64,000 nt of DNA, from assembly GCF_009914755.1 (NCBI RefSeq), contig NC_060933.1; one strand, 5' to 3'. Position numbers and translations under genes: made by a program. Below, in pieces: positions 1-16,843 of the stretch; the stretch's first letter is position 1, and every line of letters begins with the position of its first letter. This stretch comes from the human T2T-CHM13v2.0 reference genome, Homo sapiens. The notes under the pieces were generated by a model. The model did no database searches, had not been told where the DNA came from, and saw only the letters and a list, made by a program, of their open reading frames with translations.

Positions 1-29
1 CTTCACTCAGCTTCTGGTGCCTGGCTCTT

Positions 30-200
30 TCAGACCCATGCAGGCCCCAGCTCACATGACATCTTTTCGGAAAGACCTTCCCTGATGGCCCAGGCCACAG
101 TACCCACACCAGCATCAGCTCTTTGTCCTCTTCCCCTTTTCATTTCTTTGCAGCTCATGCCATCTGAAACTACCTCATTCAATTATTGATAGATCTGTTT
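30..200 (+). mobile_element. L2 3' fragment (degenerate)
   Basis: Weak resemblance to L2 3' region (gaccttccctga...catctgaaactacctcatt). Confidence 0.4.
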
Positions 201-287
201 GGAATTCCAGGAGTCCCTTTGCGATCCCATTCTTCTAAAGATTCACATGGCCTCAGAATGCCATGTTACAGTGGAGAGTCTGACTTC

Positions 288-628
<341 letters not shown>

Positions 629-844
629 TGAAAAGGGAACACATTTGATTCCTCAGAGCAGCCACAGGCCAGCTCTCTGAAGTAAAGTGCACGTGTGCAT
701 GTGTGTGCACACTCACACACACGTACACACACATTCACAAATAGGACATCTCTTTTAAACAGAAATGGCCACCTGCATTTGAGAAAATAAAGTTTCATGC
801 AGAAGAAAGTGACATGTTAAATTCAATCATCAAGATTTAGACTG

Positions 845-940
845 GTGGGAATTCTGCACAACAAATGACTTGGTTTAATTAACATGGAAATTGCGAGGAA
901 AAAAATGAAGTGGAACCTATGGATTTAAAAATTAGGAAAT
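845..940 (+). mobile_element. L1MC/MD 3' end fragment
   Basis: attctgcacaacaaatgacttggttt...gaacctatggattta resembles old L1M 3' UTR. Confidence 0.45.
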
Positions 941-1724
941 TTTAAGATTTCCATCGTAATTTTTTTAAAACAATATATTTTACTTCCAAAACCCTGCGTT
1001 TTCACATGGTAGCTATCTGCTGGAGCTGAGTAGCCGCTGCTCTCTTGAACAGCATCACCCAGATGGGAGAGCCCCCTTCCCCCCAACCCCCATACACTCC
1101 TATGTGTACAACTTCCTGAACCCTGTAAGCATTAGAGCTTGCAGCCTCTGCTTTTTCTGTTTCCTTCTTGATGGGAAGACTGGCAGCAGGATTTACTTGG
1201 TTGCTACATTTGTGAATTTGTAAAATAATTCATGCTCTGCTAGGTCTGTAACTTGGGAGGCTTGGTGTGCACGGGCATTTAGCAGCAACTCAGAGCGTAT
1301 GGAAGACTGTCACTGGCAAGAGCAAAGTCCCCCCAGGACAGAGCCAGTGACGACTAGCTGTGTATCCTCAGTCTGATGGCGGTGGAAGTGAGGCAGCACC
1401 AAGGAGCAGAAACAGGAAGTTTCCACTGATGACCACCCTGCCCCCAGCTAGGCTGAAAGGCCTCCCCAGAGCCCTTGCATCAGCCTGGCTTTGCACTGGT
1501 CTGGGGGATGTTGCTTGTTAGAGCCAGTGAAGAAGAACGGTAGTAAGTTACCTGATGGCCAAGGCTCTGTCTGACCCTGTCTGCTGTCGTGTTCCTGGCA
1601 CAGAATAGTCTTTGTTGAAGGAACGAATTAGTGCATCCTTCCAAGCCTTGGAGGACCTGTCTATAATAGGCCCACTCTATAGGGTCTTTGTGAGAATTAA
1701 ATTAAAACCCCTATGAGAAACCTA

Positions 1725-2045
1725 ACTAGAGACAATTGGAAGTAACTTAAATATTTGTTCATTGGGAACAGCTACATAATTGTGGCTGTCATTCTGTACA
1801 ACACTCTGTGGCTGTTAAAGAGCTAGAGGTAGTTTTATGTGGATTGATGTGTTCAATGTGTTCAATGGAAAAGCAAGGGTAATATAATCCCATTTATACT
1901 ACAGAGAAAAATCGGGTCTGTAAATATGTTGAGAAAGGTCTGTCGATAGTGGTTATCTTTTGAGAGTGGAATGGATCGGGGTGGGTATGGCCTGGGGACG
2001 TGAGGGGGAATTTTTCACTCTTTATTTCACATACATCTGTCATTG
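1725..2045 (+). mobile_element. L1ME-like 3' fragment
   Basis: ttggaagtaacttaaatatttgttcattggg...tagtggttatctttt resembles ancient L1 3' end. Confidence 0.45.
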
Positions 2046-2273
2046 GCACAGAAAATTAAGCAGTAAACCTAAAGAAACAGAATAGTGCTTGTTGTATAGT
2101 TAGATCAATAACTTGTAACTATTATAAAAGGTAGTTATAAAGTTAGTAAGGGCCAAAGGTCTAACTAGAGTAGGTCGGTTATAGAGGAAAACAGTTTAAT
2201 CTGTTGTTGTTTAACTTTTATGGAATGCAACTTCTTTAGCTTTAATTTGGAGAGCCAAACTATGGCCCTAGTC

Positions 2274-3046
<773 letters not shown>

Positions 3047-3148
3047 GTGCTCCAGGGTCCTAGAGCACAGAACTCTGGCTTTGTTGTCTTTATTTCTACC
3101 AGTTGTCTCTCTCTCTCTCTTTTTTTTTTAAACCCTAGAAGATTATTA

Positions 3149-3447
<299 letters not shown>

Positions 3448-3548
3448 GTTTAAAAGATTGACAATACAGTCTTCTTCAGAGTCTCCATAGGAAAGGAGCG
3501 GCACGAAATGCAAATTATTTGGAGGTTTTGGAGGTTTCAAACTTTTAA

Positions 3549-3671
3549 TTATTTGGCACATATAGTGCTTACTGTGTGCAGGCACTGTTCTAAATATTGC
3601 TTTCAAATATTTAAAAGTGCTTAGAACAGTTACAGCACATAGTAAATGCTATATATCTGCTTGTTAAATAA
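3549..3671. repeat. Imperfect palindrome formed by two inverted MIR 3' ends
   Basis: tatagtgcttactgtgtgc..actgttctaa / ttagaacagt..gcacatagtaaatgctata, centred on AAATATTT (3605-3612). Confidence 0.75.
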
Positions 3672-3734
3672 ATAAAAATTTAAGTTTCCAAATAATCTGT
3701 ATTTCACATAAAAGAGAAGAGATGTGGGACAATA

Positions 3735-3880
3735 TAAATAGGCAGGAGACCAGGGTTGTAGACCCGGTACTATCACATTCCCAGCCTACCCCTTAACCTA
3801 GTCCCTTGGGTGAATTACCGACTCTGGGTCTCACTTACTAACATGAAAGGAGGTTCATAATCTGAATCCTCCTGAAGGAA
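3735..3880 (+). mobile_element. MIR fragment
   Basis: ggcaggagaccagggttg...cttgggtgaattacc..ctctgggtctca. Confidence 0.5.
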
Positions 3881-4148
3881 CAGATAATATCTCAACTCTT
3901 AATAGTTGAACTCTAAAATTTGGTCAGTATAAAAGTAATGTTATAAAATGTGTCTATATCTGTTTATTTTACATTGTATTGGGCCTGGATAATTGGTTTC
4001 TTCCTTTTTACATGTATATAACATCCTATTGGGATCTGTATTAAAAGTGTACTAAAAACATTCACCACATGGTGGTGCTCCCTTCAAAAGCCAAACTGAA
4101 AATTGTAGGCCAGCATTGAGTATTAGGCATGGAGTTGACAGGGGCAGC

Positions 4149-4284
4149 TGTATGTATGTATGTATGTGTGTGTGTGTATGTATGTATGTATGTATGTATG
4201 TAGAGATGGGGCCTCACTATGTTGCCCAGGCTGGTCTTGAACTCTTGGCCTCAAGTGATCTTCCCACCTCAGCCTTCTAAGTAG
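4149..4284 (-). mobile_element. FLAM/Alu left-arm fragment with (TATG)n/(TG)n microsatellite tail (4149-4202)
   Basis: tagagatggggcctcactatgttgcccaggctgg preceded by tetranucleotide repeat. Confidence 0.85.
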
Positions 4285-4663
4285 AGTGCCAGTTTATATT
4301 CTACATTTGTGCTTTAAGTTTTTTTTAGGGAAGTAGGGTCCTGTCATTTTATTAGCTTGATAACTTATACAGATGCCAAAATACAGGAACATTTGTTCTT
4401 TCTTAGGCATTATGACATATTCATGTACATTAACTGATGTTATACTTTTTAAGTGTTCCAAATATCTTCACTCAGAAGTTTATGTGCTTGACAGGAAAAG
4501 AAAAAATACATCTGTAAGGAAAGTATCATAGGTATTTATCCTTCAAAAGCTGATGTTTTTATTTATTTATTTATTTTTAACCTAATGTGTTCTTAAGTCA
4601 TACTGGGATAGCAGCAGTACCCAGCCTAAGAGAAGCTGCAGTATAGTTTCCTTGGTCAAATGA

Positions 4664-5072
<409 letters not shown>

Positions 5073-5923
5073 TGATTCTCTTGAAGCACAGTATTTCCCT
5101 GCCTTTTAGATTTGAAATGGATACTTCTAAGCAGTTGTGACTGGCTGGATTTCAGTCATTTACATCGGAACACTGGTCTGGTCAGCTCACCTGCATCTTT
5201 GGTAGAGAGATATCTCCCAAACATACACTCTCCCTGAAGGATTTTCATCCTTCATATGCTTATCAATTCCCTTGCCAAGTATTTACTGTTTGTCCACATG
5301 AGTACAAGGCATTGAGCTTGTGCTACTGTAGACTCACAGATGGTCATGATTTTCAGGAATTGAATAGAGAAGATGAAACACTGAGACACTGGATTCAAAT
5401 GCTAGACCTTACTGGGTTGACGTTAGTAATAGACATGTGAAGAATTATAGCGGTTGAGAGGAAAGAGACATCTCCTCACTAGGGTGACTGGTCAGGGAAA
5501 AAGATGGGAGTGGTTTTTGGTGGGAGAAGAGGAGGAGACGGGATCTGGGCATATGAAGAGGCCTGGGGTACTGAGGTGGAATTTCACCACACCCCAAATC
5601 TGTTGAAAAGAGGAAAGTGTACAGGCAGGAGACACAGAATCTGGCCAGAGTGAATGTCCTGAGCAAGGGCATGGGAAGAGGAAAACGCAGGGCACAGGGA
5701 TTAGGTGAGGATCCAACTGAATGCTTGCCCAAGGGGCTTCACTGTCGAGGATTTTGACTGAGATGGGGGCAAACATGATAGACAAACTTTAGGGACAATT
5801 TAGCATTGTCTTCAAACACAGGTATGAGGGAGACTTTTGCTGGTGATAGGACAGATTATCCTGAAAATTGACCTGACAAAAATACTTAGACCTGATCCCT
5901 AAAATATAATAAACATCTTTTTA

Positions 5924-6364
<441 letters not shown>

Positions 6365-6400
6365 CTAATTTCAGTAATCAAGATGCTTTTTTCCCCCAAT

Positions 6401-6729
6401 GTTTTGTTTTTGTTGCTATTGTTTTGAAATAGGGTCTTGCTCTATCGTCCAGGCTGGAGTGTAGTGGTGCAATCATGGCTCACTGAAGCCTTGACCTCCT
6501 GGGCTCAAGTGATCCTCCCACCTCAGCCTCCTGAGTAACTGGGACTATAGGTGTGGGCCATCATGCCTGGCTAACTCTTTTTTTTTTTTTTTTTTTTCAT
6601 TTTGTAGAGATGGGGTTTTGGGGTTTTACCATGTTGCCTAGGCTGGTCTTAAACTCATGGGCTCAAGTGTCCTTCTGTTTCAGCCTCCCAAAATGCTGGG
6701 ATTACAGACATGAGCCATTGTGCCCGGCT
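6401..6729 (-). mobile_element. AluJ
   Basis: Antisense dimer; approximate TSD CCCCAAT. Confidence 0.93.
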
Positions 6730-6734
6730 CCCCA

Positions 6735-7305
6735 ATAGTTTTATTGAGGTATAACTGACATAAAATAAACTGCACATATATAAAGTATACAATTTGATAA
6801 ATTATATGTATATGCCCACAAAACGATCACCACAATTAAGATAGTGAAAAGCCCATCATCCTCAGAAGTTTCCTTATGATTCTTTGTAATTCTTCCCTGA
6901 TTTACCTCCTTCCCGGTCCAATACTTACCTGTTTTCTGTCACCATAAATTAGTTTTCATTTATATAAAATTTTAGAAAATACAGTCATATACTATGTACT
7001 CTTCTTTGCCTGACATAATTATCTTGAGATTCATCCATGTTTTTGGATCAATAATTTGTTCCTTTTTATTGCTGAGTACTATTCCATTGTGTGGATGGAC
7101 CATAATTTGTTTATTCATCTGCTGATGGGCATTTGTTTCCCTTTTTGGGCTAATACAAATAAAGCTGCTAGAACACATATGAACATATCTTTTTTACTTT
7201 TATTTTTTGCCTTTTTCCTGCAGTATGAGCAAAGCTTTGTGTGGACATTTGCTTTCTTTTCCTTTGGGTAAATAGGAGCAGGATCGCTGGTCATATGGTA
7301 GCTGT
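6735..7305 (-). mobile_element. L1MB/MC 3' fragment
   Basis: ttttattgaggtataactgaca...gagattcatccatg...tgctgagtactattccattgtgtggatggacc. Confidence 0.85.
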
Positions 7306-7490
7306 CGATGACACTTGAGTCTTAAGGGCTGCTGTTTGGGGAACTGGAGACATAATCTTGGGCCTATGAGTAGACAGGGACTTGGAATTCAGACTGCCCT
7401 ATAAAGCTAAGATCATTGATTGGCTACACTTTGAGCAAAATGATAGACTAGAAAGAATAAGCTGTTGGCAGAATATTTAAAAAAGAAACT

Positions 7491-7885
7491 TGCCAGGCAC
7501 GGTGGCTCATGCCTGTGATTCTAGCACTTTGGAAGGCTGAGGTGGGCGGATTGCCTGAGCTCAGGAGTTCGTGACCAGACTGGGCAACATGGAGAAACCT
7601 CATCTGTTAAAAAAACAAAAACAAAAAGCAAACAAACAAACAAAATTAGCCAGGCATGGTGGCGTGCATCTATAGTCCCAGCTACTTGAGGGGCTGAGGC
7701 TGAAGTATCTCTTGAACCCAGGAGGTTGAAGCCGAAGCTGAGATTGCACCACTGCACTCCATCCTGGGTGACAAAGTGAGACCCTATCTCAAAAAAGAAA
7801 GAAAGAAAGGAAGTTAGAAAGTGGGGGAGGGAGGGAAGGAGGAAGTGAGGAAGGAAAGAAAGGAAAGAAAACAAAGAGAAAGAAA
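7491..7885 (+). mobile_element. AluJ with purine-rich (GAAA/GGAA) tail
   Basis: Alu dimer; approximate TSD AAAGAAACT. Confidence 0.93.
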
Positions 7886-7889
7886 CTTG

Positions 7890-9100
7890 TCTGATTTGGT
7901 CTGCACTTTGAGTGAGAGGAAACAAAAACCTCCCGAGATAACTTTTATTCTAAGCATGCCTTCTTTTAAACTTTGTTTGAATTTACCTGGCCTCTGTAGT
8001 TTGTGAAATTCCAAGAAGAGACATTATTTTAGAGAGATACTAGGTTGCTAGAGTTCCTAGATTACTACAGTTCCTAGTTAGCTGGCAGAAGTCAATGCAT
8101 ATCCTCTTGGACTATATCTATCTTTTTCTCAGTCTTAACACCAGATTCCCAAAGATAAAGCTTCTCCAAACATGATCTCACAATCCAAAACTAAGAACAT
8201 GAGAAAACAAACAACCTTGCATCACAGAGCAGGAAAATGAACAGTAGAACTATAGTACTTTATAGCTTTAGATATAAAAACTGTCAGATTCAGAATATAA
8301 AATACTGGTTTAAAAACATTTAAAGAAATAAAATGTGAAATAGAAAACAAGTAAGGACTAAAATCCTATGAAGAAAAATCAAATAATTGAAAAAGAACTA
8401 AAAAAGAAATGAAAACTACGATCAGTGAAATTAAAACTTCAGTGGATGGGTTTAACAAGTTAGACACAACTGAAGAGAGATTTAGTAAACTGAGGGATAA
8501 AGCTGAAGAAATTATACAAAACGCAGCATAGAGAGACAGAAGTCTAAAATATAAGCCTATAAGGAGAGAGAAAAGAAGTCAATAGAGATAACAGATGAGA
8601 GACAATATTTGAGGAGATATTGCTAAATAATTTCCAAGAATAGTGAAAAACAAGAATCTTTAGATTCAGGAATCAGAGCAAATCCCACGTGGAATTAAAA
8701 AAAAAAAGTCTTCTCCAAATATAAGGCCAATAGAACACCAAAGACAAAAATAAGATCTTAAAAGCAATCAGAGAGAAACTGATTACCTCCCAAGGAACCC
8801 TATTAAACTCAAAGGAGACTTCTCTACAGCAACGATGGAAACCAGAAAGAAGACAGTGGAACAGTATCTTAAAAGCGCTGAGAGAAAAATTATTGTCAAC
8901 CTAGAATTTTAAACTTAGCTAAAATATAATTTAGTAATGAGAGCATGATAATGACATTTTCAGATAAACAAAAACTGATGTCTCCAGCACGGTCTCACAA
9001 AGGAACTTTTATACTTTCAAAAAAGAGAAAATGATCCAAAAAGGAAGAATGTCTGCAATGCAAGAAAGAATAGTGAGGGAAAAGAAAAAGTGGAATGAAT
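7890..9100 (+). mobile_element. Ancient L1M 5'/ORF1 remnant
   Basis: A-rich; gaaattaaaacttcagtggatgggtttaacaagttagacacaactgaagagaga; caacctagaatttt. Confidence 0.75.
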
Positions 9101-9261
9101 AGAGAATTAGTCATGTGGTATCACATGGCAGCTCACTCAGGAATCATAAAGCTGGCCTTGGGATAACAGAGCTAAACTTTAGAGTCCTGAGTCCTGTTAA
9201 TACTCAATCATCTGTGAAATTCAATTAAGTGAGCTTCAAGTTAACCTAAAAAGCTGTGGTG

Positions 9262-9538
<277 letters not shown>

Positions 9539-9713
9539 CAGCAGCTGTGGTGACTCTTTTCTTGAGGTCTTTGGGGGCTGCCTGTTGGTGGACAGGCTGG
9601 TGTGAAGTTGGTAGCCCTGGAGGAGCTGGGGGGAGTTGTAGGGCTAGTGTAGACAAGCTACAGAAGCCACAAGGGAGGTGCTGCTTAGAGGGGGCTCTTT
9701 ATTCTTTGTTTGG

Positions 9714-9838
9714 TTTTAATTTGAGACGGGTTCTTCCTATGTTGCCCAGCCTGGTCCCAAACCCCTGGGCTCAAGCGATCCTTCTGTCGCGGCCTCCCAG
9801 AGCGCTGGGGATACAGGTGTGAGCCACCATGCCTGGCC
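9714..9838 (-). mobile_element. FLAM_C-like monomer
   Basis: Single antisense left monomer; TSD TCTTTA(T/C)TCTT. Confidence 0.85.
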
Positions 9839-9849
9839 TCTTTACTCTT

Positions 9850-11692
9850 ATTAATTTAATGCTGGTTTTCCTAGATCTTTGTCTTTTTTTCTGGATTTTG
9901 GGAGATTTCTTTCCTTGAGTATTTTTCACTTATTTTCTATTAATTTTTTATTTTGGCAGTCATACTTTTTAACTACCACAGCTCTTATTTAAAAAATCCT
10001 TCTCCTAGTATCACATTCTTGATTTCTGGGCATATAATCTTTATGGGTCTCTCTGAGGATATGAGTTACGGTTTTTTGTAGTTTGGATTATCTCCAGTTT
10101 CCTGAATTATCTGTTTCCTTCAGGATAATCTGTTCATCTTGGTCTTTTTCTGTGATGCTCTAGGCTTTCCTCAGCAGTCTGGTAATCCTGGTTGTCCATT
10201 CATGCTTAAGAACATGGGAATGGAAGGGGTGTTGGGAGTCCTATATATGTGGATGGGGTTGTCCATTGGCTGGTTTCAGTATTGGACTAATGAGTAGAGG
10301 AATCAAGGAACCTCTCAGGGCTTTGTGTTGGGACGCTGACACACTGCATTAGTACCTTCTAGACTATGAGCAGGGGAATCGAGGAACCTCTCAGGGCTTT
10401 GTGTTGGGACACTGACTCACTGCATTAGTACCTTCTAGACTATGAGCAGGGGAATCGAGGAACCTCTCAGGGCTTTGTGTTGGGACGCTGACACACTGCA
10501 TTAGTACTTTCTAGACTGTGAGCAGGGGAATCGAGGAACCTCTCAGGGCTTTGTGTTGGGACGCTGACACACTGCATTAGTACTTTGTAGACTGTGAGCA
10601 GGGGAATCGAGGAACCTCTCAGGGCTTTGTGTTGGGACGCTGACACACTGCATTAGTACTTTGTAGACTGTGAGCAGGGGAATCGAGGAACCTCTCAGGG
10701 CTTTGTGTTGGGACGCTGACACACTGCATTAGTACTTTCTAGACTGTGAGCAGGGGAATCGAGGAACCTCTCAGGGCTTTGTGTTGGGACACTGACTCAC
10801 TGCATTAGTACTTTCTAGACTGTGAGCAGGGGAATCGAGGAACCTCTCAGGGCTTTGTGTTGGGACGCTGACACACTGCATTAGTACTTTCTAGACTGTG
10901 AGCAGGGGAATCGAGGAACCTCTCAGGGCTTTGTGTTGGGACGCTGACACACTGCATTAGTACTTTGTAGACTGTGAGCAGGGGAATCGAGGAACCTCTC
11001 AGGGCTTTGTGTTGGGACGCTGACACACTGCATTAGTACTTTCTAGACTGTGAGCAGAGGAATCGAGGAACCTCTCAGGGCTTTGTGTTGGGACACTGAC
11101 TCACTGCATTAGTACTTTCTAGACTGTGAGCAGGGGAATCGAGGAACCTCTCAGGGCTTTGTGTTGGGACACTGACTCACTGCATTAGTACTTTCTAGAC
11201 TGTGAGCAGGGGAATTGAGGAACCTCTCAGGGCTTTGTGTTGGGACACTGACACACTGCATTAATACTTTCCAAACTTTATGTTCTTCAGAGAAGACCCC
11301 TCCTTGCTGGGGGTGAGGAGGTGGAGAAGTGGGTCAGGCGTGTGCCTTGGCTGGCTGCCGCTTCATATACAGACGTATGATCCCTGGTTTTCCCCCGCCC
11401 TCTGTGTCTCACTCCCTTCCTCCACTGCACTTGCCATCTTCATGTTTGGGGCTCTTCTGGGCAGATGGGCTTGATCCTCACCTGTGAATTCCTCTGCTCT
11501 CCTTTGCCAAGCAATGCTTGCCCATCCACTTTCAGATCCCCCAGTTTGTTGAAATATCTAGTATGATGACAGCTTCTCTGTTCTCACCATTGTCGTGGTT
11601 TATACCTTTTTTACTCCTTGGCTGTAATTTAAAGGGGTCACAGGCAGGAGGGGGATGAGTGCATGTGCTCAGTCCACCATCTTGACCGGGAG
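9850..11692 (-). mobile_element. Ancient L1M 5' region interrupted by the 76-bp VNTR
   Basis: T-rich antisense L1 sequence on the left; ends in cagtccaccatcttgaccgg, the reverse complement of an L1 5' YY1-like caagatgg. Confidence 0.55.
10292..11271. repeat. 76-bp minisatellite (VNTR), about 12.9 copies
   Basis: Unit GAGCAGGGGAATCGAGGAACCTCTCAGGGCTTTGTGTTGGGACGCTGACACACTGCATTAGTACTTTCTAGACTGT starts at 10292, 10368, 10444 ... 11204 with an exact period of 76. Confidence 0.98.
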
Positions 11693-12010
11693 CCCCAGAG
11701 GCATCATTTCAATTCCTGTGATATTATGGATTCCTACGGGTAGGAAAAACACAGCCCATTCAACCAAATATACTTTAACCCCTAGAGATTTAGCTTTAAC
11801 TTGTTTAGAATTGTTTAAAAGTCCCTTGTATTTTGCAGTTTTTTCATTTTCTCCTTGAAAGTAAAAACATTTGTGGCAAATAGGGAAGAAAAACTTTCCA
11901 GTTAATCGAGAATTAGGATAAGTGAGATTTAAATATTATCAGATACTGATAAGAACTATGGCTTTTAAAGAATGTCGTCTTAGAATCAGTTTCTAATTAC
12001 TTGTGTGCAG

Positions 12011-12063
12011 AAGAGTCCTGCAGCTGTGAGGTGATCACAGTCTTTGGCCTAAGCCGCTGCCAG
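12011..12063 (+). other. Candidate 53-nt non-coding exon
   Basis: ctaat branch-like site, ttgtgtgcag acceptor, consensus donor CAG|GTGAGT, in unique sequence. Confidence 0.35.
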
Positions 12064-12874
12064 GTGAGTGAAAGCCAATCTGGAGTCACAGAGTGGCAGC
12101 GACTGCACCGGAGATGTGTGTGCCATTTGTTAAGATGAGTCAAATGGTAGTTAGGGCAACGAAGATCCACAGAGGGAGAAAGAAAGATACTGGAAAAGCA
12201 GCAGCACAGTTTAATAACAGTCATCGTTCATGATGGCAAGGTTGTTTACTATAAAAATTCCATCCTTCTTGCCTCTGTGCTGCCCCCCACCATTTTTTTA
12301 TTTGACATTAGGGCTTGCTGATTTATGGCATAACGCAGTACATTTCACCTCTGAAACAAAGTCTGTAAAATCTTGAGATATATTAAAGTCTTTATTCCCC
12401 AACGCTAAAGACCTCATACTGTTTAGTCCTCTATACATTTAGCCCTTTATGCTTGGGGAGGGGGAGGTTATAAATTTCTAGAGGGAACTGGATTGGCAAT
12501 GGTATGTTTGATGGTGAAATGCCTTGACTAAACAAACAAGGCTGCTCCAGAAACGCACACACAGCAAACCTATATGCCATATAAGTAACGTGTTATGTGG
12601 GGAGTTACTTTAGGTTTAAAACAAATGTCATACTCTTGATGCTTTTAGGTAGCTATTATCTTGGTAAGGATAAGACAGAAATATGGTGAAGTTGCATCTG
12701 ATTTTGAGGGATACTGCGGGCAAACCTGACAGCTAGCTTGGTTACTAGAGGTTTAATTAGTTACAGCTGCTCTGCCATTGTATTAATAGAGCCACTCTGC
12801 TTTCAGGCACCATGGATGCCTTTTATAATTTGGATGTTCTTAAAAAGAGCACTGTGTGAAAGTGAGCAGCCCTG

Positions 12875-13635
<761 letters not shown>

Positions 13636-14797
13636 GTAAGTCCAAGAAAGTAGATTGGATTCTGAGTGGGCAGTGAAGGTGGAAATGTGGTCCTAAAGAG
13701 AACGGGCAAATTAAGAAAAGATTGTTTTAAGACAGTCAAATTGTTTTGCCTGTTGAAGAAGGTGATCAGACCCTAATGAAACTGAAAATGAGGAGAGTGT
13801 TCCCATCTCCTGCCTGGTCCTAGCGACTCTGCAAATGGGTGCCTGATTGGTCTGTTGGCTCTGAAGCCAGCCTTTGCTGGATATATTCAGCCTGTTTTGA
13901 AGTTGTGCAGAGAACCTCACTTGCGTCATTCTGAAGACGCAGTGAGTCAACGCAGTCCCAAGAGAGCAGTAATGGCCCCAAACAGAAACTTGGAATGAAA
14001 AATAGCCATGGATTTAAAGACATAGCACATTCTTCCTATGACTTCATTTGGTAATGGTAAGATTAATTCACAGAAAACCCTTCTTGAGTGGCGTACCTTA
14101 AACACATGTAGAATGATTTTTTTCTTTGCTTTTCCCATTTAGCCTTTTGAAACAGGATACACAGTAGGGTGATTGGTTTGGGAGGGCACTGGTACAGTAA
14201 TTCTCCACCTCTCACTTGCCCGTGTGGGTGCCCCATCCCCACCCTCAGGCACACACGCACTCTTAGCTGCTTTTGGACTCCTCCCGCAATGTCACAATAG
14301 TTTTCTTTGAACATTCTTGACCCTCAGTCATGTTGACATGCGTTTGGATTTTCAGTGGAGAAGAATTGCCAGAGAAGAATCTTCCTCTGATTTTAACCAT
14401 TGACCATATTTATATATGCAGTTTCAGCTTGACTTTTAAATTGATAATCTTTTAATAGAATTCCAGATAACATCTTACTGTAACAAACACCAAGGGGATT
14501 ATCCAAATTCCTATTTGAAAATATGTCTTTTATATTACCAGATTTGCCAGCTGCATTATTATCTATTAGTGTGTACTAAAAGTATATTATTTTGGCTTAT
14601 TTTGAGATTAGATAATTCCCAGTGGAATTCTCCCCTTAACCATCTAAATCTGTATTTTTTTTTTCCCCATTTAGTTTCCTAAACAGTGAGGCTTCTGGGC
14701 AGGAAATGAGAGAAGAGGAGGAGGTAATATAGAATAATGCAGTGGCTTTCAAGTATTGTGACCCGTATGAGGAATACATATTCAGTTATGACTTAGC

Positions 14798-14868
14798 ATT
14801 CACATATGCACACATACATGTACGTATATATATCACATTCACACATATGCATATATGTACATATACAG
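14798..14868. repeat. Low-complexity alternating purine-pyrimidine (CATA/TA/CA) tract
   Basis: cacatatgcacacatacatgtacgtatatatatcacattcacacatatgcatatatgtacatatac. Confidence 0.7.
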
Positions 14869-14888
14869 CTGAAGAAGGTCTGGATTAG

Positions 14889-15272
<384 letters not shown>

Positions 15273-15334
15273 TGACTCATTAGTAGTGGATCTCATGACT
15301 AAGAATGGATCCTGACCCAAGTTTGAAGAGACTG

Positions 15335-15580
15335 GTAGGGGTAAATTTAGAGCCTGGGGCTCCAAAGTTTGTCTACCCAGTTTTAAATCCTGGCTTTCCC
15401 CTTAACTTGGGTGGGATCACACCATTAACCGTGTTACCCCTCTGAAGCTTTGGCTCCCACACCTGTGAGATGTGAATGTTGATAACACACACCCACCTCA
15501 TAGGATTAATGAGAACATGCCAAGATATAATGCGCTGAAGGTCTTAGCATGCCTGCGCAGAGCCCCAGCATCTGTTAGCT
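15335..15580 (+). mobile_element. MIR
   Basis: ttttaaatcctggcttt...ctgtgagatg...cctcataggattaatgaga. Confidence 0.65.
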
Positions 15581-15714
15581 GCTGCTGCTGCCGCTGTGGT
15601 GGTGACTGTCCTTGCTAAGATGCTGCAGCTGGATTGGCTTCGTGGGAAGTTGTGGAATTCTGTTCCCTGAGGATGTTGGGAAGGACAGATTGTACTTACC
15701 AAGAGCATTTATTG

Positions 15715-16005
15715 TTGTTTTTATTTTCTTAAACATTTCCAATGAAAATCATCAAACCTATAAAGTTGAAAGAACAATGCACCTAGATTCATCAACTCTT
15801 AACACTTGCTATCTCTCTTACATAGAAACATTTCCCTTTTACCAGTCCACTTGGAAATTGGCTATATACTCACGATAGCCAAGAACAAGAACACTCTCTT
15901 ACACCATCACATCATTGCCACACTTAAGGAAATCCACACTGATCCAGGAACATTATTTGATATACAGTCCATATTCAGAATCCTCCAGGTATCAGTAATA
16001 TTTTA
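15715..16005 (-). mobile_element. L1MC-like 3' fragment
   Basis: aaagttgaaagaa...cacctagattc...tacagtccatattcagaat. Confidence 0.6.
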
Positions 16006-16449
16006 ATTATGACCCATTTGGTGAATTTAAGATGGATTAGATGGCCTGTGGAGTTATTCATGGAGCTGAAGACTTCTGTGAAGTAAAAAATAACCACCCA
16101 GTGTTAAGTGTAACTCTCGTGTGGAATATTAAATCAATTGTGTGTTTTTTTTGGCATCCTTGATGTGAACTCTGGAGACCTGATGAGATGGAGGCTGTGA
16201 TTGTTTACTCTGTGTTAGCTTGGACACTTAGCTTGGCAGTAATCACAAGAGCTTTAGGGAGTGCATCCTTTGCTAGTTCATAAAGATGTATTCTGATAAC
16301 GGGGGACCAAAAGGATATATCCTGAATTGCAAAGTCGAGCAGTAGATTACATTTGGATTTGAATGTAAGTGGCTGTGAATTAGAAATATTTGTTGGAATT
16401 AGAAAGTGTCTAGGTAGGAATGTAAGGTCTCCCCTCAAATTGAGAATGA

Positions 16450-16843
<394 letters not shown>

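Noticed and set aside
10292-11271. 76-bp array as a tRNA array, CRISPR array or coding repeat
   Set aside because: No cloverleaf or A/B boxes despite the tRNA-like length; no unique spacers; 76 is not a multiple of 3 and no ORF spans it.
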